Numbered from the stretch's first letter, positions 1-10,203 are shown. The stretch is DNA of 64,000 nt from Candidatus Cyclobacteriaceae bacterium M2_1C_046 (GCA_051418055.1 JBPRGH010000136.1:24507-88506), one strand, 5' to 3'. Numbers and translations are program-made. Notes: generated from the sequence alone by a model not told the origin.

Positions 1-118
1 AGTATAAAGGGAAAAATATTTTAAACCAAATGATCTTTGGCATGATCTATGGTTTTTTATCCAATTTTAAAGCTTCAAAAGAAGAGTACTCCAGTTTAAT
101 TTATATCGGACAAAAAAA

Positions 119-1774
119 ATGATAATGCGATTGTTGACTTCCCTAATAATATTGGGGATAATTTATTCATGTGCTAATCAAACTTCCCCTACCGGAGGCC
201 CTAAAGATGAAACTCCCCCTGTACTGATGGAGAGTATACCGATGGACCAGGCAATAAATTTTAAGGGTAATGAAATAATACTAACCTTTGACGAACATAT
301 TAGATTAGATAATCCAAACCAGCAAATAATTATTACCCCTCGCCTGGATCAGGATATTACTTATAATACAAGAAGAAATAAGCTAGTTATAAACTTTTCT
401 AAGCCACTTGCTGATAATACAACCTATAGTTTTAATTTTAGAGAATCAATTAAAGATATAACTGAAGGAAATGTAGCAGATTTTGATTATGCTTTTAGTA
501 CAGGACCTTATCTCGATTCTTTAAACCTGACCGGAAATGTAAAAAATATTCTTAAGAACAATTTTTTAGAAGGAGCAACAGTTGGGTTACAGTTACCAAC
601 CGACACAGCAGCGTATTTTTCTTTTCCACCATTTTATTTTACTCAAACTGATAAATCAGGAAATTTCTCGTTTAAAAATTTAAAACAGGCCAACTATAAG
701 CTTTATGCATTTAATGATAGAAATAAAGATCTCATAGTTCAACCCTCACTTGAGCAACATGGCTTTATTAAAGACCTTGTTAACCTTACTCACGATACTA
801 CTGGATTTGAAATCCCTGCTGTTAACATAAATCTTGATACCTTGAAAATCATTTCAGCAAGGCAAGCCGGTAAATATTATAATATAAACTTCAATAAACC
901 CCTTATAGAATATAATGTAACTCCGACAACCAGAGCATTACCATATATCTTAGGGGATGACAAAAAAACGTTAACATTTTTTAACATTGACCAATTGGCA
1001 GGGCCTGTAAATTTTAATGTGATGGCTGAAGATTCTGTCCATTATACTATTAATGAGCAAGTATCAATTGAATATACAGAGACCCCAAGAGGACCAATAG
1101 AATTTAAATCCAATTTGTCAGCTGTTAATATTGTTAAATCCAATCCGGTAATTAATACCTCAATATCCTTTAATAAACCTATCACAGCTGTTAATTATGA
1201 CAGTATCTTTTATTTACATGATTCAGCTACTGTTTTTAATATAAATAAAGAAAACCTTACCTGGGATTCATCCCGAAGTTTGTTGAAGGTAGAGTATAAT
1301 TTACCGAAGCAGATATTTTCAACAGAACAGCCTGTATCTAATGTTAAACCAAAATTATATTTTGGAAAAAATGCCTTTATCAGCGTGGAACAGGATTCAA
1401 GTGCTAAAATAGAAACTACTCCTAAATTTTATGAAGAAAATCAACTAGGGACAATACTTGTCACTGCTGGTTCCGATTATGAAAATTTTATAGTAGAGCT
1501 TCTTGATAAGAACTATAATATTATTGAACGACGTTATAATGAAACAGATATTCGTTTTAGAAACCTATTGCCCCAGGATTACTTTTTAAGGATAATTGGA
1601 GATCGTAACAATAATGAATTTTGGGATGCAGGAAATATATATCTTAATGTAATTCCAGAGCCAATAGAGTATTATATTAATATGAATGGGAAATCCACTA
1701 TTCCATTAAGGGCCAATTTTGAAATTGGACCGCATGAGTTATACCTATTTGATGTGGAAAACCGCGTGGACTAA
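119..1774 (+). CDS. Surface lipoprotein with Ig-like (SbsA/Big_5-type) N-terminal domain; function unknown
   Basis: Long ORF. Lipoprotein-type signal (LIILGIIYSC). The segment PPVLMESIPMDQAINFKGNEIILTFDE resembles Big_5 Ig-like domains of Bacteroidota lipoproteins. Confidence 0.6.
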   Translation: MIMRLLTSLIILGIIYSCANQTSPTGGPKDETPPVLMESIPMDQAINFKGNEIILTFDEHIRLDNPNQQIIITPRLDQDITYNTRRNKLVINFSKPLADNTTYSFNFRESIKDITEGNVADFDYAFSTGPYLDSLNLTGNVKNILKNNFLEGATVGLQLPTDTAAYFSFPPFYFTQTDKSGNFSFKNLKQANYKLYAFNDRNKDLIVQPSLEQHGFIKDLVNLTHDTTGFEIPAVNINLDTLKIISARQAGKYYNINFNKPLIEYNVTPTTRALPYILGDDKKTLTFFNIDQLAGPVNFNVMAEDSVHYTINEQVSIEYTETPRGPIEFKSNLSAVNIVKSNPVINTSISFNKPITAVNYDSIFYLHDSATVFNINKENLTWDSSRSLLKVEYNLPKQIFSTEQPVSNVKPKLYFGKNAFISVEQDSSAKIETTPKFYEENQLGTILVTAGSDYENFIVELLDKNYNIIERRYNETDIRFRNLLPQDYFLRIIGDRNNNEFWDAGNIYLNVIPEPIEYYINMNGKSTIPLRANFEIGPHELYLFDVENRVD

Positions 1775-2052
1775 TGTGGGTAAGTGGGAGTTATGGGTAG
1801 ATAAACTAAGATTCAGTAATCTAACGTTAATAAGTGAAAGTTAGCAGTACCTATATAACGAAAGTTATGAACACACCTGGTAAAAAAATGTTTTATCCAC
1901 AAATTAAAAACTAACTGTTGATAAATAGGTATATATCTGATTTACAAATATTTAACATGAAAATAAATTGTGGATAAATTCTTATTTATGCTTCCTTTGT
2001 AAACAATTTAAAAGAACAAATGAAAGATAAATTATTTATCCACGTATCCACA
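1753..2052. promoter_or_regulatory. Cluster of DnaA-box 9-mers (candidate oriC, or a DnaA-titrating or DnaA-regulated site)
   Basis: Perfect boxes: TTATCCACA at 1893-1901 and TGTGGATAA at 1969-1977 (opposite orientation). One-mismatch boxes: 1753-1761 (TGTGGAaAA), 1775-1783 (TGTGGgTAA), 1916-1924 (TGTtGATAA), 2036-2044 (TTATCCACg), and the abutting 2044-2052 (gTATCCACA). A very AT-rich stretch follows at 2071-2100. Confidence 0.55.
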
Positions 2053-2114
2053 AGCTAATAACTAATAACAACTTATTTAATAAATATATAGTTATATATT
2101 AGGAGGAAGTATAA

Positions 2115-3944
2115 ATGTTGAAAACCATATTTTTTTATATATTAATTTTCGTTACCCTAACTGCTTATTCACAAGATCACGATGATATCCAGCTGGCCAA
2201 CGAATATTATAGTCAGGGGGAGTCGGAAAAGGCAATTCATTTATTTGAAGAGCTGGCAAAAGATGATAAAAATATTCCGCTCATTCACAATAACTATTTC
2301 TTTCTACTGCTGGAAAATGGTTTATACAGTGATGCGGAAAAATATCTTAAACGAATCACCCGTAGATTCCCAAATAATTATAACTTCGTTCTCGATGAAG
2401 GATATCTGTTATACCACAAAAATGAAATTCAAAGAGCGGAAGATTTTTTTAAAGGGTATATTGATGAAGTAAAAGGGAATTCATTCCAGAGCAGAATGGC
2501 TGCTGAATACTTTGTGAACAAACAACTTCACAGCTATGCTGCTGAGGTTTTAAAAGCTGCAAGAAAAACATTAGGAAACAATCAGGCTTATGCACTAGAA
2601 CTAGCAAATATTTATCGAATAATGAATGAAAAGGATCTCATGGTAAATGAGTACCTGAATTATATAAGTAGCAATCCCTCAAATATTAGTTATGTACAAA
2701 ATACTTTACAGAATTTATTAACCACACCAGAAGACCTGCAGAGCCTGGAGCAACTTCTTTATGCCAAAATTCAGGATGAACCTGACAATAAAATTTATCC
2801 TGAACTGATCATATGGGTAAATCTTCAGCAGAAAAATTTTTATGGCGCGTTTATACAGGCAAGGGCACTCGATAAGAGGTTTAATACTCAGGGCTCAAGA
2901 AGTTTGGAAATAGGAACAATCGCTCTTGATAATGATGATTTTGTAAATGCGATAAAAATATTTTCATATATAGTTAAGGAATTTCCCTCAACCCCAAATT
3001 ATATCCTGGCAAGGATGTATTTAATAAAATCTTATGAACAACGCGTCCGGAATTCCTATCCGATAGACGAAAGAGAAATTAGAAATCTTGTAAATGATTA
3101 TGCATCATTTATTAAAGAGTTAGGGATTAACAACAGGAGCACAATGGAGGCCATGCGCAATAAAGCACTTCTGCATGCTTTTTATTTAGATGAGAAAGAT
3201 TCGGCGGTAATGATTTTGAAGGAGCTGATCAATAATCCTCGTGCGGCTCATGACATTAGATCTGCTTCAAAACTGGATCTCGGCGATATTTATCTTCTTA
3301 TGGATCAGCCATGGGAATCGACTTTGCTTTATTCCCAGGTGGAAAAATCAAATTCCGATAGCCCTACCGGCTATGAGGCTAAATTAAAAAACGCCAAACT
3401 TTCATATTATAGGGGAGAATTCCTCCTTGCCCAGGAGCATCTTGATATTTTAAAGGAAGCGACCACAAGGGAGATAGCAAATGATGCTATGGAAGTAAGC
3501 TTGTTGATCAAGGATAACATAGCTTTTGATTCTACAGAAGCGGCAATGCGCGCTTATGCAGCTATTGAGCTTTTGCTTTTTCAAAATAAAATAGATGAGG
3601 CAAAAGTTACCATTGATTCGCTGCAAAATGCTTTGGGTTTTCACAACCTGCAGGATGAACTTTTGTGGTTGCAGGCTGACATATTAAAGAAAGAAGGAAA
3701 CTTTGAAAAAGCCCTAAATAAACTAGAGAAAATAAATGAAAACCATTCTCAGGATATCCTGGGAGATGATGCTTATTTTGAAATGGCAGAAATTCATGAA
3801 CGACATCTTAATAATAAAGAAAAGGCCCAGGAGCTATATATGAATTTCCTGACAAAATATCCCGGAAGTGTCTATGTAGCTGAAGCAAGAAAAAGGTTCA
3901 GGCAACTTCGCGGAGATTTTTCCCTTGCACCTGAACTCAACTGA
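2115..3944 (+). CDS. Tetratricopeptide-repeat protein with signal peptide
   Basis: 609-aa ORF. Signal-like N-terminus. Repeated TPR-like helical motifs (for example ANEYYSQGESEKAIHLFEEL and AYFEMAEIHERHLNNKEKAQELY). Confidence 0.75.
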   Translation: MLKTIFFYILIFVTLTAYSQDHDDIQLANEYYSQGESEKAIHLFEELAKDDKNIPLIHNNYFFLLLENGLYSDAEKYLKRITRRFPNNYNFVLDEGYLLYHKNEIQRAEDFFKGYIDEVKGNSFQSRMAAEYFVNKQLHSYAAEVLKAARKTLGNNQAYALELANIYRIMNEKDLMVNEYLNYISSNPSNISYVQNTLQNLLTTPEDLQSLEQLLYAKIQDEPDNKIYPELIIWVNLQQKNFYGAFIQARALDKRFNTQGSRSLEIGTIALDNDDFVNAIKIFSYIVKEFPSTPNYILARMYLIKSYEQRVRNSYPIDEREIRNLVNDYASFIKELGINNRSTMEAMRNKALLHAFYLDEKDSAVMILKELINNPRAAHDIRSASKLDLGDIYLLMDQPWESTLLYSQVEKSNSDSPTGYEAKLKNAKLSYYRGEFLLAQEHLDILKEATTREIANDAMEVSLLIKDNIAFDSTEAAMRAYAAIELLLFQNKIDEAKVTIDSLQNALGFHNLQDELLWLQADILKKEGNFEKALNKLEKINENHSQDILGDDAYFEMAEIHERHLNNKEKAQELYMNFLTKYPGSVYVAEARKRFRQLRGDFSLAPELN

Positions 3945-3948
3945 AACA

Positions 3949-5472
3949 TTAAAATACCTGCATAGGTTTATATTCATCTACAGAAGCCATCAGAGCTTTT
4001 TCTGATTTTGAAGGTATGAACTTCTGGTAATGCCCGTAACGTTCAAAAATTTCTGTCACATATGCATATGGCTCACTACCTCTGCAATATCCATATTTCA
4101 CTACCGGGTCAGTAAAGTACTTACGCTCGCTTAGCTTTAATACAAATTCAGCTACATTTCCATCCCATTTTTTAGGATCCTGGTCATATTTTTCTGCAAG
4201 ACGCTGAGCATCAAGCACATGTGCCAAACCACAATTATATGAGGCTAGTGCAAATTTTATTCGCTGTACAGAATCAGGCACATTGTCCCAAAAAGAGTAC
4301 AGATAGTCCATGTACTTAACCCCTGCCTGAACGTTCTCCTCAGGGTCGCTGGGATCGGTTACACCTAGTGATTTTGCAGTTGATGGCATTAGCTGCATTA
4401 AACCTACAGCTCCAACCCAACTATTTGTATCTGCTTTGAACTGAGACTCCTGATACATAACAGAGGCAACAAACCTCCAGTCAAATCCATTGGAATATTT
4501 TTTAATAATGCTGTCGAATGGAGATATCTTATTACCTTTTTTTGAATAAAATTCACTATTAATACGATTTCTAAAAAACCTGCGGTTTTTAAAATACTTA
4601 TTATAGATCACATAGTAATCCACATCTTTACGCATTTTTAAAATCCAGGTATTTACAGCACGTAATAGATCATCAGAAGATTTTCTAACTGCCCAACCTG
4701 TACGTACAGGAAGGCTTAGTGCTGTTGATATATCAATATTTGGATAATCAGCGAGATTTATTTTAGCCTCATTTTCATCCACTACAGCATATTCATACTC
4801 ACCTTTATTTACTTTTTCCATTATTTCATAAGCAGTGAGATAGCCTGGAATTTCGATAATATTGAGTTCCTCACCGATCTCTTCGGATAAATTTACCATT
4901 CTTTGATAATGGGCAGAATTCTCACGTACATAAATAGGTTTATTAACCAGCTCGAACGGAGCACGTATCATGCTGTTTTCTATCTGATGGATTTTCATGC
5001 TTTTCCAGTTCCACGGCTTTTTCTGAATAAGCACCTGTTTGGTTGTTCTGTGTGGATAAGTAAACTCAGCCCTTTCTTTATTCATTGAATTAATGGTAAG
5101 GCCCATAGCAATGATATCACCATCACCTTTATGGAGCATCTCATACGCAGCCTCCTGGTCTTTGGCTATGACAATTTCAAGGTTCAGGTCAAGATAATTC
5201 GCAACTCGTTCGAGAAGCTCATACTCATAACCCATAGGCTTACCTTTATACAAGAAGTAATTTGTTGCACTATACGTAGTAATTGCCGTAAGTACACCTT
5301 TCTTTCTTATATCTTCAAGATCTATAGCAACTTCATCATATATACCATTATCCTCTGATACTGATACATCAACTTCCCTATGTCCTATTGTATTTCCCGC
5401 CAGGACTAAAGAGGCTATAATTACTATGATTGTTACATATTTCATTTTATACTCCAATCTCACTTTCATCAC
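3949..5472 (-). CDS. mltF: Membrane-bound lytic murein transglycosylase F-like protein (solute-binding domain plus SLT domain)
   Basis: The N-terminal half resembles the family-3 solute-binding fold. The C-terminal half has an SLT catalytic motif (MYQESQF...GLMQLMPSTA...YNCG). Confidence 0.85.
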   Translation of the reverse strand: MMKVRLEYKMKYVTIIVIIASLVLAGNTIGHREVDVSVSEDNGIYDEVAIDLEDIRKKGVLTAITTYSATNYFLYKGKPMGYEYELLERVANYLDLNLEIVIAKDQEAAYEMLHKGDGDIIAMGLTINSMNKERAEFTYPHRTTKQVLIQKKPWNWKSMKIHQIENSMIRAPFELVNKPIYVRENSAHYQRMVNLSEEIGEELNIIEIPGYLTAYEIMEKVNKGEYEYAVVDENEAKINLADYPNIDISTALSLPVRTGWAVRKSSDDLLRAVNTWILKMRKDVDYYVIYNKYFKNRRFFRNRINSEFYSKKGNKISPFDSIIKKYSNGFDWRFVASVMYQESQFKADTNSWVGAVGLMQLMPSTAKSLGVTDPSDPEENVQAGVKYMDYLYSFWDNVPDSVQRIKFALASYNCGLAHVLDAQRLAEKYDQDPKKWDGNVAEFVLKLSERKYFTDPVVKYGYCRGSEPYAYVTEIFERYGHYQKFIPSKSEKALMASVDEYKPMQVF

Positions 5473-5809
5473 TTTATATCATGCAAAAAGCAGCCCATCT
5501 TGAATAAAGGGCCTTTTAAGAGGAAATAGTGCTTTTTACGGGTATTTAATAAGTTATTATGTAGAAATATATCCCATATAATGTCAAAAAACTTTATTCT
5601 TTAGGCCAAAAGCTTACACTAGAAGAAAAAAATCGATCAGGATAAAATAAAACAGAAATAAAGAACAATTAATTTCAATGCCGAAAAGGTACACTATTTC
5701 TTCTATTTGAAAGAACTCATAACATCCTGATAGCGAATACTGTTAATTACCATATTAAACTTTTGAAAAATTTGTTTTATTTTAATGCTTGAATAAAAAT
5801 AACTCTATA

Positions 5810-6067
5810 ATGAAATACATTGGAATAATTCTTTTAGCCTCTTTCATCTCATTAATGAGCTGTAATAATAAAGCCACAAATGAGGAAGAAGAGATAGATG
5901 TGGAAGAAGTTGCTCCTGATCAGGAAGTGCGCTATGAAGGTACCACAGAAGAAATTCGTGAAATGGATTCGCTGGTTATCGAAATGGATAAGTCTCTTAA
6001 AGTACTTGAAAGGGATTTAGAGAAAACTGAAAAGGATGTTAAAAATCTTTTAAAAGACGTTGAATAA
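5810..6067 (+). CDS. Small acidic lipoprotein, unknown function
   Basis: The track ORF starts at TTG 5789. The in-frame ATG at 5810 gives MKYIGIILLASFISLMSC, a lipobox. The remainder is Glu/Lys-rich helical sequence. Confidence 0.45.
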   Translation: MKYIGIILLASFISLMSCNNKATNEEEEIDVEEVAPDQEVRYEGTTEEIREMDSLVIEMDKSLKVLERDLEKTEKDVKNLLKDVE

Positions 6068-6076
6068 AAAAATATT

Positions 6077-6709
6077 ATGAAGTACCTATTGAATTTTCTA
6101 ATTATTACTTGCCTTGTAGTTACGGGTGCAAAGGCCCAGGAATATAGTGAGCAGGAACGAAGAAAAGTAATCTCCGAATTAGACGATGCCATCGAACAGG
6201 CCCGTGAGCGAATTGACCGGATGCAGGAATATGGCAAACTGCAAAGGGCTCAGTATATGGAGGAAGAAGCGGTAATCCGTGATGCTGAGCAAAGGCTTGA
6301 TTTGCTTAGGAAGGGTACATATGTTGAACCTTCTGAAATTGAAGAATGGAAAACAAAGCTTTCTAAACTTGGCGTTGACCCGGAACAGGAGGGGCCGGGA
6401 GTACAATATAGTGATAAAGAAATGTCTCCGGAAAGAAAAGCCGCTGAAGAAAGAAAAAGAACTTCAGTTGAGCGGTCGGAAGAAACTCTTGCAAGAGCTG
6501 ATCAGCTTGTTGCTCGATCAACAGAGCGTATTGAAAAAGTAAAGACAAAACTTGAGCAGCAAAAAGTTCAGGGTAAAATTTCGGAACAGCAGTATCAGGA
6601 GAAAATGGAAAAAGTAAGAACAGCGGAGGATAGAATTCAGAGGTTGAAAGACCGAATTGAGGAACACCGAATGTCAGTGGCAGAAGTTCTTGAATCAGAA
6701 GGAAATTAA
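6077..6709 (+). CDS. Secreted coiled-coil-like Glu/Arg/Lys-rich protein, unknown function
   Basis: Signal peptide (LIITCLVVTGAKAQ). Long charged helical sequence. It starts 10 nt after the preceding small lipoprotein gene. Confidence 0.5.
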   Translation: MKYLLNFLIITCLVVTGAKAQEYSEQERRKVISELDDAIEQARERIDRMQEYGKLQRAQYMEEEAVIRDAEQRLDLLRKGTYVEPSEIEEWKTKLSKLGVDPEQEGPGVQYSDKEMSPERKAAEERKRTSVERSEETLARADQLVARSTERIEKVKTKLEQQKVQGKISEQQYQEKMEKVRTAEDRIQRLKDRIEEHRMSVAEVLESEGN

Positions 6710-6720
6710 TAATAATTTAA

Positions 6721-6755
6721 AAAAGCCAATGGTTTATACTGTTGGCTTCTTTTTT
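6721..6755. terminator. Probable bidirectional intrinsic terminator
   Basis: aaaAAGCCAAtggtttatactgTTGGCTTctttttt: an A-run, a 7-8 bp stem and a T-run. It lies between the convergent genes ending at 6709 (+) and 6856 (-). Confidence 0.6.
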
Positions 6756-6855
6756 AACCCCCATGATTTATAGTTTCATATCTTCTTCACCTTTTTTAAT
6801 CACTGGTTCTGCCGAATGATTTTTATTTCTTATGACTCTGGCCTTTACTAAGCTT

Positions 6856-7110
6856 TCATTTTCGATTAGCATTATTGGAGGGCTTTGCAGGTATAAGTAT
6901 TTTTATTAACGTAAAAACAAACAGCAGCCAGGGAAAGCTGTGCATTAAAAGATCTAGATAATCTAAAGTCGCCATTCCTTCTCCACCACCAAAAATCCAG
7001 CGAATTTTACCAAATAAATGTGGCTCAGGATTAAAGGGCGCCAGTCCTAAAGTAAGAACAAGTAAAACCGGGATTACCAGCTGATTATATTTTTTTTCTT
7101 TTAAATCCAT
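6856..7110 (-). CDS. Small two-TM membrane protein, unknown function
   Basis: 84-aa ORF with two hydrophobic segments. Its start overlaps the end of the upstream hydroxylase gene by 26 nt, which suggests coupled expression. Confidence 0.4.
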   Translation of the reverse strand: MDLKEKKYNQLVIPVLLVLTLGLAPFNPEPHLFGKIRWIFGGGEGMATLDYLDLLMHSFPWLLFVFTLIKILIPAKPSNNANRK

Positions 7111-7975
7111 AGAAAATTTGACTAAAAAATCCTTTGGGAAATTTTTCCATCCCTGAAAATCCCAATTTTATATCACGTCCTTCATATGGGATATAATCCG
7201 TCTTAAAAAGATAATCCCATATGCTAAGGCTAATCCCAAAGTTCACCCCATGTCGCTTCTCCTTTGGCAGATCATGTGCATGATGCCAGATATGCATTTG
7301 AGGATTGTTTAAAATATATCTGAACGGCCCGAGGTTGAGCCGCAGGTTCGAATGATTAAAATGTCCGATAGCTAAGGAAATAATGTGAATTATAAAGAAA
7401 TCCCGAAGCCCAATTCCTATAAGGGCAAGCGGAATATACTCTATAGTCCGATAAACTACTGTTTCCATCCAATGGTATCTTAAATGAGCAGCAAAACCCA
7501 TTTGTTCAACTGAATGATGTACTTTATGAAACTCCCATAAGGCAGGGCTCGCATGAAGTAACCGATGCACCCACCACTGGATAAAATCCCGAATTATAAA
7601 CCCAATAAGGAGGTGAGACCACATAGGCCACTCCATAACATTGAAAGCGACAACATTTGTAATGCCGATACTTGCCAGGGCATTATTGAACAGGTCTACC
7701 ACTACATCGGAAGAGGCATTGTAAATGATAAGTGAAAAAAGAAAAAAGTTGAAGAACATGTAAAAAACATCAAGCCAGAAATCTTTTCTAAACGCTTTAT
7801 GCTTTTTATGCCAGGGAAAAGTTGCTTCAAGAATAAAAAAAACTACTGAAATACCAATCAGCCAATAAAAATAGTTATGCCAAGAAGGATGTGTAATCTC
7901 ATGCCACAGATAATTAGCATAATTTTTATAGCCGTTAATAAATGTCTCCAGGTATCTTTCCATCACAATTGACAA
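7085..7975 (-). CDS. Fatty acid hydroxylase / sterol desaturase family membrane protein
   Basis: Histidine-box motifs HRLLH, HKVHH and HIWHH in a polytopic membrane protein are diagnostic of the di-iron fatty acid hydroxylase superfamily. Confidence 0.8.
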   Translation of the reverse strand: MSIVMERYLETFINGYKNYANYLWHEITHPSWHNYFYWLIGISVVFFILEATFPWHKKHKAFRKDFWLDVFYMFFNFFLFSLIIYNASSDVVVDLFNNALASIGITNVVAFNVMEWPMWSHLLIGFIIRDFIQWWVHRLLHASPALWEFHKVHHSVEQMGFAAHLRYHWMETVVYRTIEYIPLALIGIGLRDFFIIHIISLAIGHFNHSNLRLNLGPFRYILNNPQMHIWHHAHDLPKEKRHGVNFGISLSIWDYLFKTDYIPYEGRDIKLGFSGMEKFPKGFFSQIFYGFKRKKI

Positions 7976-8030
7976 ATATCCTCATAAAAAGGATCATTAT
8001 CTGTAATGAAAGTTACAAAGCAGGATAGAA

Positions 8031-8588
8031 TTATTCAATTACGGCCTCAATCTCCGACATTTTATCTTGAGAAAAAGCCCCTGAGGTTGCATAGATTATT
8101 TTGCCGTCTTTATCCAGTACGAAAAAATATGGGATATCTTTTTTTTCAAAATCCAGGGCATCTTTATATGTCTTTAGATCACCTTTATAGAAAAGAATGT
8201 ATGGATGCAGGTTAGGGTCTATATTTTTTGCAGCCTTATTTTTTGCAGCACCCGCACCGGCAGCTTTTACACCAGTAAACATTGGAATGAAATAAACATT
8301 GACATCATAGGTAAAAGCAGAAAATAAGCCGTCACTTTCCTGGATAAATTTTTCAAAGACAGGCTGAAACCAGGTTTCCAGATCATCCTCACTCTTTTTC
8401 GAATAAGCCATTCCTAAAAGTGTAAATTTCCCCTTCGTGTTTACCGGAATAATTATTTTTTCATCGGTGATCGTTTCCCCTTCAAGCTGTGGAAAAGGCA
8501 TATTAATTACCTGGGCCTTAAGTTGCCCCGTACTTAAAAATAGTACCATGCTTAAAAGCAGAAGTTGAATTTTGAACAGGTTTTTCAT
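8031..8588 (-). CDS. Secreted thioredoxin-fold-like protein without cysteines
   Basis: Signal peptide. Redoxin-like pattern (FPQLEGETI...KGKFTLLGMAYS...YFFVLDKDGKIIY). The sequence contains no Cys residue. Confidence 0.5.
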   Translation of the reverse strand: MKNLFKIQLLLLSMVLFLSTGQLKAQVINMPFPQLEGETITDEKIIIPVNTKGKFTLLGMAYSKKSEDDLETWFQPVFEKFIQESDGLFSAFTYDVNVYFIPMFTGVKAAGAGAAKNKAAKNIDPNLHPYILFYKGDLKTYKDALDFEKKDIPYFFVLDKDGKIIYATSGAFSQDKMSEIEAVIE

Positions 8589-8628
8589 ACATGATCAACG
8601 ACGGAGAAATTTATTTGTTATACAAGAG

Positions 8629-10197
8629 TCATTTTAGTACGTGGATCTTATGTTCTCCATGGTTTACTTTTACACGCTGATCTAAAGTATCTTTGGCAAA
8701 TTGGTCGCGGAAATTATCTACAAAATACCACTCAGCTTTTACTTCATCACGGTTTAGGGTGATCAGCATATAACCATGATCCCGCATGTTTACATATTTT
8801 AGATGAGGGTTTAATGGCTTCAGGTATGTTTTTTCATAAAGCTTAACACTATCTGCGGGAAAGCGCTCATCGGCATTTCCACTGTTTACACTTGGAGCCC
8901 CAAACTCCACGGCCATCGCTCCTATGCCTGTAACGCTATCATATTTAACAAAAGGATTGGGTGTTACTTCAAAAGCCCATGAAGCATGTGTATCTCCTGT
9001 GAGAAAAATCACATTATTGATTTCTTTTGATTTTATAAAATCTACAATTTCTTTTCTTTCCAAAGGATAGCCATCCCAGGAATCCGGGTTAATATTAAAA
9101 TCTGGGCGACCATAATTCAGATAAGAAAAAACAACCTGATTGCCAATGAGCTGCCAGCGTTCGTCATTTTCTTCAAGATTTTCTAAAAACCAGTTAAGCT
9201 GCTCTTCTCCAAGCATAGTATGATCGGGAGGAAGAGTAGCGATAGAGGTAGTGTCATCGGCGGGCTCTGTTCTTCCTGCCAGACGCTCATCAAGCATGAT
9301 CAATTGTGCCATGTCACCAAACTGAAAGCTTCTGTAATGTTCCTGGTCTTCACGTACCGGCATCCATTCATAATAAACTTTCGTTGCCACTTTCTTACGC
9401 TTTTCATAGCTGCCCTCCTCCGGTTGATGGTTTTGAGCGCCGGTTTTATATGCATTATTAGCAATTTCATGATCATCCCAGACAGCAATAAAAGGATGCA
9501 TCTGGTGGATGGCCTGAAGATCTTTATCCAGGCGATACTGGCTGTATCTGGTACGATAATCCTCTAATGAAATAATCTCATGTGGAGGTTCGTGAAATCT
9601 TCCTATCGTGGTGTCCCCATAAGTACCAACACCATATTCATATATATAATCTCCCAAATGAAGAACAGCATTAATATCATCACGATTGGCAATGTGTTTG
9701 TAAGGATTAAAATATCCGAACTCCCAATTGCTACAGCTTACAACAGCAAATTTTGCTTCTTTGGTAGCACCTACAGGAAGTGTACGTGTTCGCCCTACAG
9801 GAGAAAAGATCTCACCGCTTTTAAACCTGTAAAAATAAGTCTGACCGGGTTGTAAACCTGTAACATCAACTTTTACTGTATGATCATTGGCCGCTTCAGC
9901 TGTTGCGCCCCCAGATTTAACTATATTTTGAAACGTCGAATCTTCGGATACCTGCCAAAGCAAAGTAACCTCATTGCTTGATTCTGCATGGACACGAGTC
10001 CAGATAATTACAGCATCAGATAATGGGTCCCCTGATGCAACCCCATGATAAAATGGTTTTAATGCCGGATTATAAAGGGGTGATAAGGGGCCGGTAACCT
10101 CAGGTGTTTCTTCGGCAACCCGGCTCAGGCAACCGGGCAAAATTAAAAAAAGTATTAAGTAGCGTAATAACTTGTGTTTTTTAAAAAATGTGAGCAT
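8629..10197 (-). CDS. phoD: Alkaline phosphatase D family lipoprotein
   Basis: N-terminal PhoD motif HGVASGDPLSDAVIIWTRV. Metallophosphatase motifs (GDYIYE, WDDHE, GDTH). Lipobox LPGC. Confidence 0.85.
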   Translation of the reverse strand: MLTFFKKHKLLRYLILFLILPGCLSRVAEETPEVTGPLSPLYNPALKPFYHGVASGDPLSDAVIIWTRVHAESSNEVTLLWQVSEDSTFQNIVKSGGATAEAANDHTVKVDVTGLQPGQTYFYRFKSGEIFSPVGRTRTLPVGATKEAKFAVVSCSNWEFGYFNPYKHIANRDDINAVLHLGDYIYEYGVGTYGDTTIGRFHEPPHEIISLEDYRTRYSQYRLDKDLQAIHQMHPFIAVWDDHEIANNAYKTGAQNHQPEEGSYEKRKKVATKVYYEWMPVREDQEHYRSFQFGDMAQLIMLDERLAGRTEPADDTTSIATLPPDHTMLGEEQLNWFLENLEENDERWQLIGNQVVFSYLNYGRPDFNINPDSWDGYPLERKEIVDFIKSKEINNVIFLTGDTHASWAFEVTPNPFVKYDSVTGIGAMAVEFGAPSVNSGNADERFPADSVKLYEKTYLKPLNPHLKYVNMRDHGYMLITLNRDEVKAEWYFVDNFRDQFAKDTLDQRVKVNHGEHKIHVLK

Positions 10198-10203
10198 AAT
10201 ATT

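Noticed and set aside
2101-2106. Canonical AGGAGG 8 nt upstream of the TPR gene start. A similar AAGGAG lies at 29795-29800, upstream of the other TPR gene.
   Set aside because: This is intriguing because Bacteroidota generally lack Shine-Dalgarno usage. But two SD-like hexamers among about 50 genes could be chance, and I cannot evaluate their significance without genome-wide statistics.
5050-5058. Isolated perfect DnaA box TGTGGATAA inside mltF
   Set aside because: A single 9-mer inside a coding region of an AT-rich genome is consistent with chance. It is not part of a cluster.
5932-6548. Several overlapping ORFs (5932-6237, 6179-6406, 6279-6542, 6363-6548) in alternative frames of the coiled-coil gene region
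   Set aside because: The purine-rich, low-complexity coding sequence keeps several frames open. Only the frames at 5810-6067 and 6077-6709 have signal peptides and a tandem arrangement.
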